The notes: generated from the sequence alone by a model not told the origin. DNA of 32,000 bases from Candidatus Iainarchaeum sp. (GCA_028710695.1 JAQTTP010000001.1:1-32000), one strand, 5' to 3'; positions 17,454 through 25,323 are shown, counted from the first letter of the stretch. Program-made: numbers and translations.

Positions 17454-18140
17454 TTAATCAAAAGATATTTCTAAATCTCTTGCAACTCTATCTATTTTCT
17501 TTATCATTTCATTTTCAGTATAAACTGTTATCACATAATTTCTATGGAAAATAAGTTTCAAATTATGAGATTCAATAACAAAGTTTTTCATATTTTGACT
17601 ATATGCATATTCAATTAATTTTGGCAAGACAGTATAGCTAGCTCTCAAATAAGGGCCATCTTTTGCTACCCCCAACTTTTTTACAAAGTCGTCTGTTTTC
17701 ATGTCGCCAATAAATTCTGGCTTAAAAATATAACTTTCTGCAAATCCATCTAAAGATCCCGACAAAAATGCAAATATCTTCTGCGGATCTTGTACTTTAT
17801 ATTTTCTTATAGTTCTGTAGGTTTCTAAAAATAGAGCTACTTCTCTCAATTTTAGACTTACACTTGTGATTTGACTTTGTAAATCTATTAAGTCACTATA
17901 AAAATTACCGTAGTTTTCTAATAAGGCAGTTGTTTTTATGATCTGGCCAACTACTTTCTTGTCTTCGTTGCTCAAAGTTGTTTTTGACTTCAATTCATCG
18001 AAATATTTATGGACTTCTTGAAAATAAGTGATTATGGCTTCCATTTCGCTAAAGGTCTTACGACTTTTAGTTAAATTTTTTTCTATCTTCTTTATACTAT
18101 CCTTAACTATAGTCTTATCTAGAACCATTTTACACCACAT
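17454..18140 (-). CDS. hypothetical cytoplasmic protein
   Basis: 228-aa ORF with no TM segment and no recognisable motif. The start may be the second Met (18128). Confidence 0.55.
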   Translation of the reverse strand: MWCKMVLDKTIVKDSIKKIEKNLTKSRKTFSEMEAIITYFQEVHKYFDELKSKTTLSNEDKKVVGQIIKTTALLENYGNFYSDLIDLQSQITSVSLKLREVALFLETYRTIRKYKVQDPQKIFAFLSGSLDGFAESYIFKPEFIGDMKTDDFVKKLGVAKDGPYLRASYTVLPKLIEYAYSQNMKNFVIESHNLKLIFHRNYVITVYTENEMIKKIDRVARDLEISFD

Positions 18141-18182
18141 AAAATATAGAAGTAGAGGGCTTTTAAAATTATGCCAAACCGG

Positions 18183-18788
18183 TTACTTTGGGGCATAAGG
18201 ATTTATGTTCAGGTTAGAGGAGTCAATTTTTGCTTTAACGGCGTCACCCAAAGCATCAGTGTCAAAGAATAAGTCTAAGAAGTATTTACAGGTATTGTAG
18301 CCTGTGTCTTTTGTTGTAGAGATTATTACTTTGTTGTCATAAAGAATTATTTCATCGATATCATTATTTGAATTATATTCTACAAGGAAATTACTTGCTT
18401 TTGCGGCATCACATTCTTCCAAAGTGTAGGAAAGGTATTGTTTAGTCTTTGAATCATATCCTGCACAAAAAGTTACTTCTTGTTCCTTAACTTTGTAAAG
18501 AGATAGAACATTTTTGTCATTTCCGCTTAAAACCATACTATAGAGCAGGCTACAACCATACTCATTACCGTTTTTTTCTTGCTCAGAAATATCTGTAAAA
18601 AAAGTCCAATCATTGTTATCCACATATTTTCCCAGAAGTTCTTTAATGTTGCTATCAGATTTAAACATTATCCCTTGCTCGTTTACTTCGTTAATATATT
18701 TTTTCTCTTGGGCATAGGCATAATAATAGATTAATATTGCAATTATTAGAACCAATAGAACAATTATAATGATCTTCTTTTTATCCAT
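18183..18788 (-). CDS. hypothetical exported or membrane-anchored protein
   Basis: The track starts at GTG 18797; an ATG at 18786-18788 (MDKKKIIIIVLLVLIIAILIYYY...) is more likely. One N-terminal hydrophobic helix and four Cys in the ectodomain. Confidence 0.6.
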   Translation of the reverse strand: MDKKKIIIIVLLVLIIAILIYYYAYAQEKKYINEVNEQGIMFKSDSNIKELLGKYVDNNDWTFFTDISEQEKNGNEYGCSLLYSMVLSGNDKNVLSLYKVKEQEVTFCAGYDSKTKQYLSYTLEECDAAKASNFLVEYNSNNDIDEIILYDNKVIISTTKDTGYNTCKYFLDLFFDTDALGDAVKAKIDSSNLNINPYAPK

Positions 18789-18810
18789 AAAAATCACAAA
18801 ATATAAGATC

Positions 18811-18890
18811 CCTGTGCCTTTATGGCACTTTTTTCTTTCTTTTGGTGAGGTTAAGATTTTCTTTCTTTTCCAAAAAGAAAGAAAAGGTTA
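18811..18890 (-). terminator. three-part tRNA-Asp 3' trailer: U/A hairpin, second A-tract, GC hairpin
   Basis: Minus sense: UUUUCUUUCUUUU-UGG-AAAAGAAAGAAAA (13-bp perfect stem, 18857-18885). Then a 13-nt spacer ending UCACC. Then AAAAGAAAGAAAAAA (18829-18843). Then GUGCC-AUAAA-GGCAC (18814-18828). The oligo-U runs fit archaeal termination. Confidence 0.5.
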
Positions 18891-18962
18891 CGCCCAAACC
18901 GGGAATCGAACCCGGATCGCAACCGTGACAGGGTTGCATCATAGCCATTAGACCATTTGGGC
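18891..18962 (-). tRNA. tRNA-Asp (anticodon GTC)
   Basis: Hand-folded 72-nt cloverleaf: acceptor GCCCAAA/TTTGGGC plus discriminator G, anticodon arm CAACC-CTGTCAC-GGTTG, T arm CCGGG-TTCGATT-CCCGG. No intron and no encoded CCA. Confidence 0.9.
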
Positions 18963-19032
18963 CCGGGATTTTTAAAAAAAATCCTAGGTTGGCAAAAAGA
19001 CCATATCTTCGCGACAAGTCGCTTGATATTCC
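18963..19032 (-). promoter_or_regulatory. conserved structured 5' leader of tRNA-Asp (copy 1 of 2)
   Basis: Minus sense: GGAAUAUC-[AAGCGACUUGUCGCGAA]-GAUAUGGUCUUUUUGCCAACCUAGGAUUUUUUUUAAAAAUCCCGG, abutting tRNA position 1. It is near-identical to 30290-30350. A TATA-like TTTTTTATATA (19055-19065) sits about 22 nt upstream of the block. Confidence 0.6.
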
Positions 19033-19131
19033 AGATTACCTAGAAAAGGTAAAGTATATAAAAAATATTTTCCTATGAATCTGTTTTTAAAGGTTATCTA
19101 TGTCTTTCTTGGTTTTTACCCCTATTTGCAT

Positions 19132-19701
19132 CTATTTAACTATATAATAGACTCCTGCTAAAAAGCCACCACTAAGAGCAGTAATCAACTGAATTAGGCT
19201 CATAGGCAACAACATGGCTTGCGGGACAATGCTAAATGTAACAAATAGAATAGTTACCACAAAAAGCAGAGCAGACTTTGCTGTGCCACCCAAAAACACA
19301 GTTAAGAAATAATTTTTGCTTTTTAAAACTTTAAAAGTTCGAATTATATAAACAAACAAAAAGTTTGATGCCCAAATAAAAGGCATTAAATAAATAAGAT
19401 ATATTGATAATGGCCCAAAAACAATTCCTGAAATCATAGTTCCAAAAGCAGGGAGCAATATAACTGGAAGAATTTTTTTATATTCGTAGTTTAAGGCACA
19501 ATATGCCAATGCAGCATTTACTACTGTTCCAATTAATAATTGATTTGGAAAAAAAGTAATTTTACTAAAAAATATTGGCACAAAAAAGGCAATACAAGCC
19601 ATAAAAAGCAGGTCAATTTTTTCAGATTTAAAAAATTTGAAATAAGAATTAGTATCCTTGTACAAAAATTGATATTTGTATTTTCTAAGCAATTTGTGCA
19701 T
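19132..19701 (-). CDS. polytopic membrane protein (about 5 TM), function unknown
   Basis: 189-aa ORF with repeated hydrophobic helices. It resembles small-substrate uptake or ECF S-component-like proteins only in general shape, so no family is assigned. Confidence 0.65.
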   Translation of the reverse strand: MHKLLRKYKYQFLYKDTNSYFKFFKSEKIDLLFMACIAFFVPIFFSKITFFPNQLLIGTVVNAALAYCALNYEYKKILPVILLPAFGTMISGIVFGPLSIYLIYLMPFIWASNFLFVYIIRTFKVLKSKNYFLTVFLGGTAKSALLFVVTILFVTFSIVPQAMLLPMSLIQLITALSGGFLAGVYYIVK

Positions 19702-19732
19702 AAAGTATATTACTCATTGCATATTTAAAAGA

Positions 19733-20563
19733 TTATCTTATTTCCATATTTCCTGATGGTAATTGTTTTACAAAGTCGTCCAAAGTCAGATATTTTGCAT
19801 CATTTGTTTTTAGGAATCCAAAGAATTTGGAGTTCAATTTTTTGGCAGCATCCCCTTTTTTTAATCTTCCTTGTAAAACTTGCAAAATTTCTGTTTTTGC
19901 ATTTTTCTTTACTGCAGATTCGGATCCAGAAAATGGCAGATAAATTTTTTCAGATTCAAAAAACTTTGAAATATCTAACAATGAAAAAGATAGCCTAAGA
20001 TCCATACTTTTATACCACTTTCTTTCGCCCCTTATTACAAATGATCCTTTTGGCAAATATTCTCCGGGCCCAGGGGTTTTTGAAACTTGGTCCGGGCTAA
20101 TAGAATAAACATCTATTGATCCAAATCCTTCTTTCCAAGCTTTAGAAAAACAGCCAGCAAATAAAGCGGCATCATTAAGATCAACTTCTTTTGCTTTGGA
20201 ACCGCCTTTTAGCAAAACAAAGGCAGCACCTTGTATGTTTGTGTGGAACGCAACATCATCTTTTTCAAGATATTTTTTTATTAGAAGTTCGTTTGTTGTT
20301 GAATCTCTACCCGCCACAATTAGATGCCCGTTAGTGGAAATACTCCAATAAAATTTTTCAAACCAAAACATAGTTCTTTTTGCTTTAGCAATGGATTTTT
20401 CTTTAGTTATGGAGCTTTTTGCATTTTCTGTGCGTAGCTTTTTTTCTAGGTCCGCTCTAGCCACAAGTGCAGATTCTGACTTCTTTTTGTTCTTTTTAGA
20501 AGAAAGATAATATTCCTGCGCGCTTTTGTAAACTGAATCGTAAAGGCCAATTTCAATATCCAT
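19733..20563 (-). CDS. NFACT-R (DUF814) domain protein, C-terminal-half homologue of NEMF/Rqc2/FbpA
   Basis: 276 aa. WFEKFYWSISTNGHLIVAGRDSTTNELLIKKYLEKDDVAFHTNIQGAAFVLLK and the later QVSKTPGPGEYLPKGSFVIRGE match the conserved NFACT-R region. No NFACT-N domain is present in this ORF. Confidence 0.8.
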   Translation of the reverse strand: MDIEIGLYDSVYKSAQEYYLSSKKNKKKSESALVARADLEKKLRTENAKSSITKEKSIAKAKRTMFWFEKFYWSISTNGHLIVAGRDSTTNELLIKKYLEKDDVAFHTNIQGAAFVLLKGGSKAKEVDLNDAALFAGCFSKAWKEGFGSIDVYSISPDQVSKTPGPGEYLPKGSFVIRGERKWYKSMDLRLSFSLLDISKFFESEKIYLPFSGSESAVKKNAKTEILQVLQGRLKKGDAAKKLNSKFFGFLKTNDAKYLTLDDFVKQLPSGNMEIR

Positions 20564-20637
20564 AAAGATTACCTATACTAATATAATAAACAAAAATATT
20601 TATATATAAAAAAGCTATTTATAGAGAATAGAGAGAA

Positions 20638-21393
20638 ATGGGTGAAATTATGTCATTAGAAAGAATTCCAACAGGTATTAAGGGTTTGGACGAGCTTATT
20701 GAGGGCGGAATCCCAAAAAACAGAACTATTTTGGTTGCTGGTGCAACAGGTTCTGGGAAAACAATATTTTCTATGCAATTTTTATATAATGGAATTATGG
20801 AAAGCAATGAGCCAGGGGTTTACGTTACTTTGGACGAAAGGCCAGATCTTATAAGAGAGGATATGGAAAACTTTGGCTGGGATGTAAAAGACCTAGAAGA
20901 ACAAAGAAAACTAGTTATCGTTGATGCTTCTATAGGGAGATTAGGACTTCCCTCAAACGAGGAACACGCAATAGTAGATACTAGCTTTGACTACAAAAAG
21001 CTTATGCTGGAAACAATTAAAGCCTGTAAGTCAGTTGGAGCAAAGAGGTTAGTAATAGACTCTGTTGCAACTATGGGTATGTATTTCAAGAATCCTGATG
21101 ATGCAAGACTTGCAATATTAGAAATGGTCTACATGTTTTCAAAAATTGGAGTTACTACTCTTATGGTCTCAGAGATTGAGCAGGATACAAAAAAATACAG
21201 TAGATTTGGAGTAGAAGAGTTTGTAACAGATGGTGCATTTATACTGAAGTATCTTGATACTGGTGTTCAAGGGATAAACCGAACATTCTTAGTAAGAAAA
21301 ATGAGGGGAACAAACCACTCATCAGATATACACCCTTTAGAAATAAACAAGAAAGGCATCGAGATAACAAAAATAGAACAATACGGCATCTAA
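20638..21393 (+). CDS. single-domain KaiC/RadA-like RecA-superfamily ATPase
   Basis: 251 aa. GIKGLDELIEGGIPKNRTILVAGATGSGKT (Walker A) and RLVIDSV (Walker B). Confidence 0.85.
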   Translation: MGEIMSLERIPTGIKGLDELIEGGIPKNRTILVAGATGSGKTIFSMQFLYNGIMESNEPGVYVTLDERPDLIREDMENFGWDVKDLEEQRKLVIVDASIGRLGLPSNEEHAIVDTSFDYKKLMLETIKACKSVGAKRLVIDSVATMGMYFKNPDDARLAILEMVYMFSKIGVTTLMVSEIEQDTKKYSRFGVEEFVTDGAFILKYLDTGVQGINRTFLVRKMRGTNHSSDIHPLEINKKGIEITKIEQYGI

Positions 21394-22130
21394 AGAAGCA
21401 AAATAAGGCCTACAATTACAATAACTAATACCAATAACTTAAGCCAAACAAGTTTGCCTTTAAAAAACCAAGAAATTACTTCAAAAAGCAGTTTGGATAA
21501 ATACAAGAAAATGTGCCCCAAATACTTAAAAAAACCAAGTGGGCTCTTTATTTCAGACACCATATTAGAAAAAAGAGTCAAATTACCCCTGTCTTTTAAG
21601 CCATCTATGGCTCCTTCTAAAAAATCAAAGCCAGATAGGGCTGTTTTGTTAGTTGCTACGATAGATATTTTGTAATCCTTGTCTAATTTAAGGCCTATTT
21701 CCCAAATTGGTAAATAAACAAGCTCAACTTCTGTTATGAAGTGCTTATCTTTTTCTTCCAGTAAATAAGGCAATTTGTAGTTTAACAGGTCCAAAGCCTT
21801 GTTTTCTTGGCTAATCTTTGGCGTTATAATCTGTGGCTTATAAAGTTTATATTCTTCTAAAGTTAATAATTTATCCAGCTCCATACGTTCTGACTTTATT
21901 GCATTACAGAACTCTTTGTTATCTAAAACGATCTCTGAATTGCCAGCATTAAGGAAGCCAGTGCCTTTCTTTTTACCATGATGGTATTCAAAGACCCAAA
22001 ATGGAATATAATACAAATCAAATGCAGGGGTATCGTAATCAGATAAATCTGTGCCTTTTTTCGATAACAAACCGTCTAGATACTCATTCATGTCTTGTGG
22101 AGAAATAGTATTTAAAAAAGTAGAACGCAA
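21390..22130 (-). CDS. hypothetical protein with duplicated YxPxW motif and C-terminal TM helix
   Basis: 246-aa ORF from TTG 22130, with an alternative ATG at 22091. It contains LYYIPFWVFEY and LVYLPIWEIGL about 90 residues apart, plus a C-terminal helix WLKLLVLVIVIVGLILLL. It lies directly downstream of sepF on the same strand. Confidence 0.55.
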   Translation of the reverse strand: MRSTFLNTISPQDMNEYLDGLLSKKGTDLSDYDTPAFDLYYIPFWVFEYHHGKKKGTGFLNAGNSEIVLDNKEFCNAIKSERMELDKLLTLEEYKLYKPQIITPKISQENKALDLLNYKLPYLLEEKDKHFITEVELVYLPIWEIGLKLDKDYKISIVATNKTALSGFDFLEGAIDGLKDRGNLTLFSNMVSEIKSPLGFFKYLGHIFLYLSKLLFEVISWFFKGKLVWLKLLVLVIVIVGLILLL

Positions 22131-22165
22131 TCAGTACACCCAACAAAGATTATGGGAAAGAAGGT

Positions 22166-22525
22166 TTACTTCTTCCTCTTTATTATCTTTATTTTTGTTG
22201 GAGTTAAAATAACTTGCTCTTCGGAAATTCTTGCGATGTCTCCGTCGATTTCAGTAACAAATCTCTTTAACTTAGCCATTTGTTCCTTTAGTCTTACTGG
22301 GCTTCTCTTAACTAAGTCCCCTACGTTCAACAAAATTATGTTTCCGTCCTTTAGTTCTTTAGCAACAGACTTCAAATCTGTGTCTGCCTTTAAAACCATT
22401 GGCTTAACATATGCGTCAGCATCATCGTACATTTCTTCTTCAGAAACATCCAAATTGTTTAGGAAGTCTTCAATGTCAACTTCTTCTGACTTTGATTTTT
22501 TTAACATTTTTTCTATAAATGCCAT
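22166..22525 (-). CDS. sepF: cell-division protein SepF (DUF552 family)
   Basis: 119 aa. Short amphipathic N-terminus MAFIEKMLKK, an acidic linker, then a core (VKPMVLKADTDLKSVAKELKDGNIILLNVGDL...FVTEIDGDIARISEEQVILTP) with the SepF pattern. SD GGAGGGG (22531-22537) lies 5 nt before the ATG. Confidence 0.8.
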   Translation of the reverse strand: MAFIEKMLKKSKSEEVDIEDFLNNLDVSEEEMYDDADAYVKPMVLKADTDLKSVAKELKDGNIILLNVGDLVKRSPVRLKEQMAKLKRFVTEIDGDIARISEEQVILTPTKIKIIKRKK

Positions 22526-22596
22526 TTATACCCCTCCAGATAAGTATCACATTTTTAATCTGATAAAACATAGCTGTTAATATTTATAAATATATT

Positions 22597-22657
22597 GCAC
22601 CCGCAAGGGTTTCTTTTGATGGACCGGAGCTTTTCTTTTTGAAAGAAAAGCTTAGTA
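22597..22657 (-). terminator. three-part tRNA-Lys 3' trailer: U/A hairpin, second A-tract, GC hairpin
   Basis: Minus sense: AGCUUUUCUUU-CAA-AAAGAAAAGCU (11-bp perfect stem, 22628-22652). Then a 10-nt spacer ending CAUC. Then AAAAGAAA. Then ACCC-UUGC-GGGU (22599-22610). Confidence 0.45.
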
Positions 22658-22731
22658 TGAGTTCGCGGGGATTCGGACCCCGGACACCTGGCTTAAAAGG
22701 CCAGTGCTCTACCAAGCTGAGCTACGAACCC
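22658..22731 (-). tRNA. tRNA-Lys (anticodon TTT)
   Basis: Hand-folded 74-nt cloverleaf: acceptor GGGTTCG/CGAACTC plus A, D arm GCTC-AGCTTGGTA-GAGC, anticodon arm CTGGC-CTTTTAA-GCCAG, T arm CGGGG-TCCGAAT-CCCCG. Confidence 0.92.
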
Positions 22732-22763
22732 ACTTTCTAAAAGAAATTCGATAATATCTCTTT

Positions 22764-22783
22764 CTTTATAAATATTTATAAAG
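22764..22783. promoter_or_regulatory. perfect 20-nt palindrome holding two head-to-head TATA boxes (candidate bidirectional promoter for tRNA-Lys and mutS)
   Basis: CTTTATAAATATTTATAAAG equals its own reverse complement. Its edge lies 33 nt from the tRNA-Lys 5' end (22731) and about 50 nt from the mutS ATG (22833). Confidence 0.4.
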
Positions 22784-22832
22784 GTATACATGAATCAAAA
22801 GCAATATAAAACAATTTTCCTAATTTGTATAT

Positions 22833-25280
22833 ATGGATGATTTAACCCCCGCAATGAAGCAGTTTGTAAAAGTAAAAAGAGAATATCCTACTTCCTTGCT
22901 TCTATTCAGAATGGGCGATTTTTATGAAACTTTCTTTGATGATGCTAAAATTGCGTCCAAGGTTTTAAACATTACACTTACAAAAAGAGGGGCGCAAGGG
23001 GTTCCACTTGCGGGAATACCATACCACGCTTTAGATAATTACCTGGCAAAGCTTGTTAAGGCCGGGTATACAGTAACTATAGTAGAACAAATGGAAGATC
23101 CAAAACTTGCAAAAGGCCGACTAGTAAAAAGAGATGTTTTACGGACAATCACGCCTGGAACCGTATTAAATGGAGACTTTTTAGACTCAAAAACAAATAA
23201 TTACATTGTAAGCCTGTGTTTATCTGAAAAAGTTGGACTAACTGTGTCCGATATTTCCACTGGAGAATTTAAGGTTACAGAACTAAATGATTTAGAAGAA
23301 CTAGTACACGAATTGATAAAAATACAGCCCGCAGAAATAATTTTGCCAGACAATACAAGTGACAATATTATTAATAGAATTAAAAAAGTTACAAATTCTA
23401 CAATCACTCCTTTTTCATTTATATTTTTTAATAAAGAATTTGGATTAGAAGAACTAAAAAACCATTTTAATGTTCTATCCCTGGACGGATTTGAAATTAG
23501 TAACAAGGATCTAATTATTGCATCTGCAGGGGCACTATTATATTATTTTAGAATAACTCAAAAAAGCAGAATAAACCACATAAAGACAGTAAAGAAATAC
23601 AGCATACATGAATTCATGTATTTAGATTCGCAGACTGTGCAAAATTTAGAACTTATAGAAAATAATTTTGACAGAACAAGAAAGCATACTTTGTTAGGTG
23701 TTTTAGATAATACAAATACATCTATGGGCGCAAGGATGTTAAAAAGAGAGATTTTGAGGCCATTGTTAAATAAACACAAAATTGACGCGAGACTAAATAA
23801 AGTTGAAACAATAATAAACTCCCAGTTATATTATGACATCGCAGATATTCTAAAACAAATTCCAGATATTGAGAGAATACTTTCAAAAATATCAATGAAC
23901 ACCGCAAATGCAAGAGATTTAATTGGCTTAAAGAATGCAATATTTGTTTTGCCACAGCTAAAATCATTTTGTGAAAAAATCGAGAATTTTAATTTTGAAT
24001 TAAACCAAGATATTTTAGATATTGGAAAACTTATTGACACAAGCATAGTTAACGAACCACCAATGTTACTAAGGGATGGCGGAATTATAAAAAGAGGATT
24101 TAACCAAATAATTGACGAATTAAAAGATATAAAAGAAAATATAAGTGACAAAATTCTAGCAATCGAAAAAAGCGAACGTGAAAAAACCAACATAAAAGGT
24201 TTAAAAGTAAAATACAACAGAATCTTTGGTTATTTTATTGAAATTCCCAAGGCAAATGAAAAAGTTCCAGAAAATTATCTTAGAAAACAAACATTAGTAA
24301 ATGCAGAAAGATACATCACTGAAGAATTAAAACAGTTGGAAGACACGTATTTAAGTTCTGAAGAAAAAGCAAAAACTTTGGAATACGATTTATTCTTTAA
24401 AATTGTTGAAGAAATTAATACAAAGATTGTTGATTTGTACAATGTCACTAAAGGGATTGAAGAAATTGATTTTTTTAATTCAATGGCAATAACTGCAATA
24501 AAAAACAATTATGTAAAACCAATAATTTCAGAAAACTATAACTTGGAAATAACTAATGGACGACACCCAGTTATAGAAAAGATTGAAGAAAATGAATTCA
24601 TAAAAAATAATTTGTTCTTAGACAAAAACGAACAGAACATTATGATTTTGACTGGCCCAAACATGGCAGGAAAATCAACATACTTAAGACAAAATGCATT
24701 AATAATTTTAATGGCCCAAATGGGCTCTTTTGTCCCTGCAGAAAAGGCAAACATAGGATTAATAGACAGAATTTTTACAAGAATTGGTGCGAGAGATAAT
24801 CTTGCAATGGGTCAAAGTACATTTATGGTAGAAATGAATGAGGTTGCAAATATTTTAAATAATGCAACCGAAAAAAGTTTTATTATTTTAGATGAAGTTG
24901 GAAGAGGAACTTCTACTTTTGATGGGCTAAGCATTGCCTGGGCAGTAGTTGAATATATTTTTGAAAACATAAAAGCAAAAACTTTGTTTGCAACACACTA
25001 TTACCAAATTACCGAGTTAGAAGAAAAGTTTGCGGGAATAAAAAATTATCATATTTCAGTAAAGGAACATAATGGAGACATAATATTTTTGAGAAAAATT
25101 CTACGTGGAAGTATTGATAAAAGTTATGGAATAGAAGTTGCAAAGCTTGCAGGAATTCCAAAAGCAGTTATTGAAAGAGCAAAAGTAATTGAGTCACAAA
25201 TGGAATTAAATATTAACAAAAAAGAAACAGCACCAGAAATTACAGTAAAAAAACTTGTTGGCCAGAAGACTTTATTCTAA
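22833..25280 (+). CDS. mutS: DNA mismatch repair protein MutS (bacterial MutS1 type)
   Basis: 815 aa. N-terminal mismatch-binding signature LTPAMKQF...LLLFRMGDFYETFFDDA, Walker A GPNMAGKST, and ILDEVGRGTSTFDG plus the helix-turn-helix C-terminus. Confidence 0.93.
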   Translation: MDDLTPAMKQFVKVKREYPTSLLLFRMGDFYETFFDDAKIASKVLNITLTKRGAQGVPLAGIPYHALDNYLAKLVKAGYTVTIVEQMEDPKLAKGRLVKRDVLRTITPGTVLNGDFLDSKTNNYIVSLCLSEKVGLTVSDISTGEFKVTELNDLEELVHELIKIQPAEIILPDNTSDNIINRIKKVTNSTITPFSFIFFNKEFGLEELKNHFNVLSLDGFEISNKDLIIASAGALLYYFRITQKSRINHIKTVKKYSIHEFMYLDSQTVQNLELIENNFDRTRKHTLLGVLDNTNTSMGARMLKREILRPLLNKHKIDARLNKVETIINSQLYYDIADILKQIPDIERILSKISMNTANARDLIGLKNAIFVLPQLKSFCEKIENFNFELNQDILDIGKLIDTSIVNEPPMLLRDGGIIKRGFNQIIDELKDIKENISDKILAIEKSEREKTNIKGLKVKYNRIFGYFIEIPKANEKVPENYLRKQTLVNAERYITEELKQLEDTYLSSEEKAKTLEYDLFFKIVEEINTKIVDLYNVTKGIEEIDFFNSMAITAIKNNYVKPIISENYNLEITNGRHPVIEKIEENEFIKNNLFLDKNEQNIMILTGPNMAGKSTYLRQNALIILMAQMGSFVPAEKANIGLIDRIFTRIGARDNLAMGQSTFMVEMNEVANILNNATEKSFIILDEVGRGTSTFDGLSIAWAVVEYIFENIKAKTLFATHYYQITELEEKFAGIKNYHISVKEHNGDIIFLRKILRGSIDKSYGIEVAKLAGIPKAVIERAKVIESQMELNINKKETAPEITVKKLVGQKTLF

Positions 25281-25323
25281 AAAGTAAGATTTATATACTT
25301 GTTTTGCATATATATTCCGCTAA

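Noticed and set aside
18820-19017. 65-aa minus-strand ORF and 60-aa plus-strand ORF (18769-18951) across the tRNA-Asp locus
   Set aside because: They run straight through a well-folding tRNA gene and its conserved flanks, so they are spurious.
18963-19032. Possibility that the conserved tRNA leaders are C/D-box sRNAs, tRNA introns or split/permuted tRNA halves
   Set aside because: No RUGAUGA or CUGA boxes are present. All three tRNAs are colinear and complete, with uninterrupted anticodon loops. No bulge-helix-bulge motif is evident.
22599-22610. ACCCGCAAGGGT read on the plus strand as a GNRA-tetraloop hairpin, as a possible independent RNA element
   Set aside because: The stem is only 4 bp. 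It is better explained as the minus-strand GC hairpin that closes the tRNA-Lys trailer.
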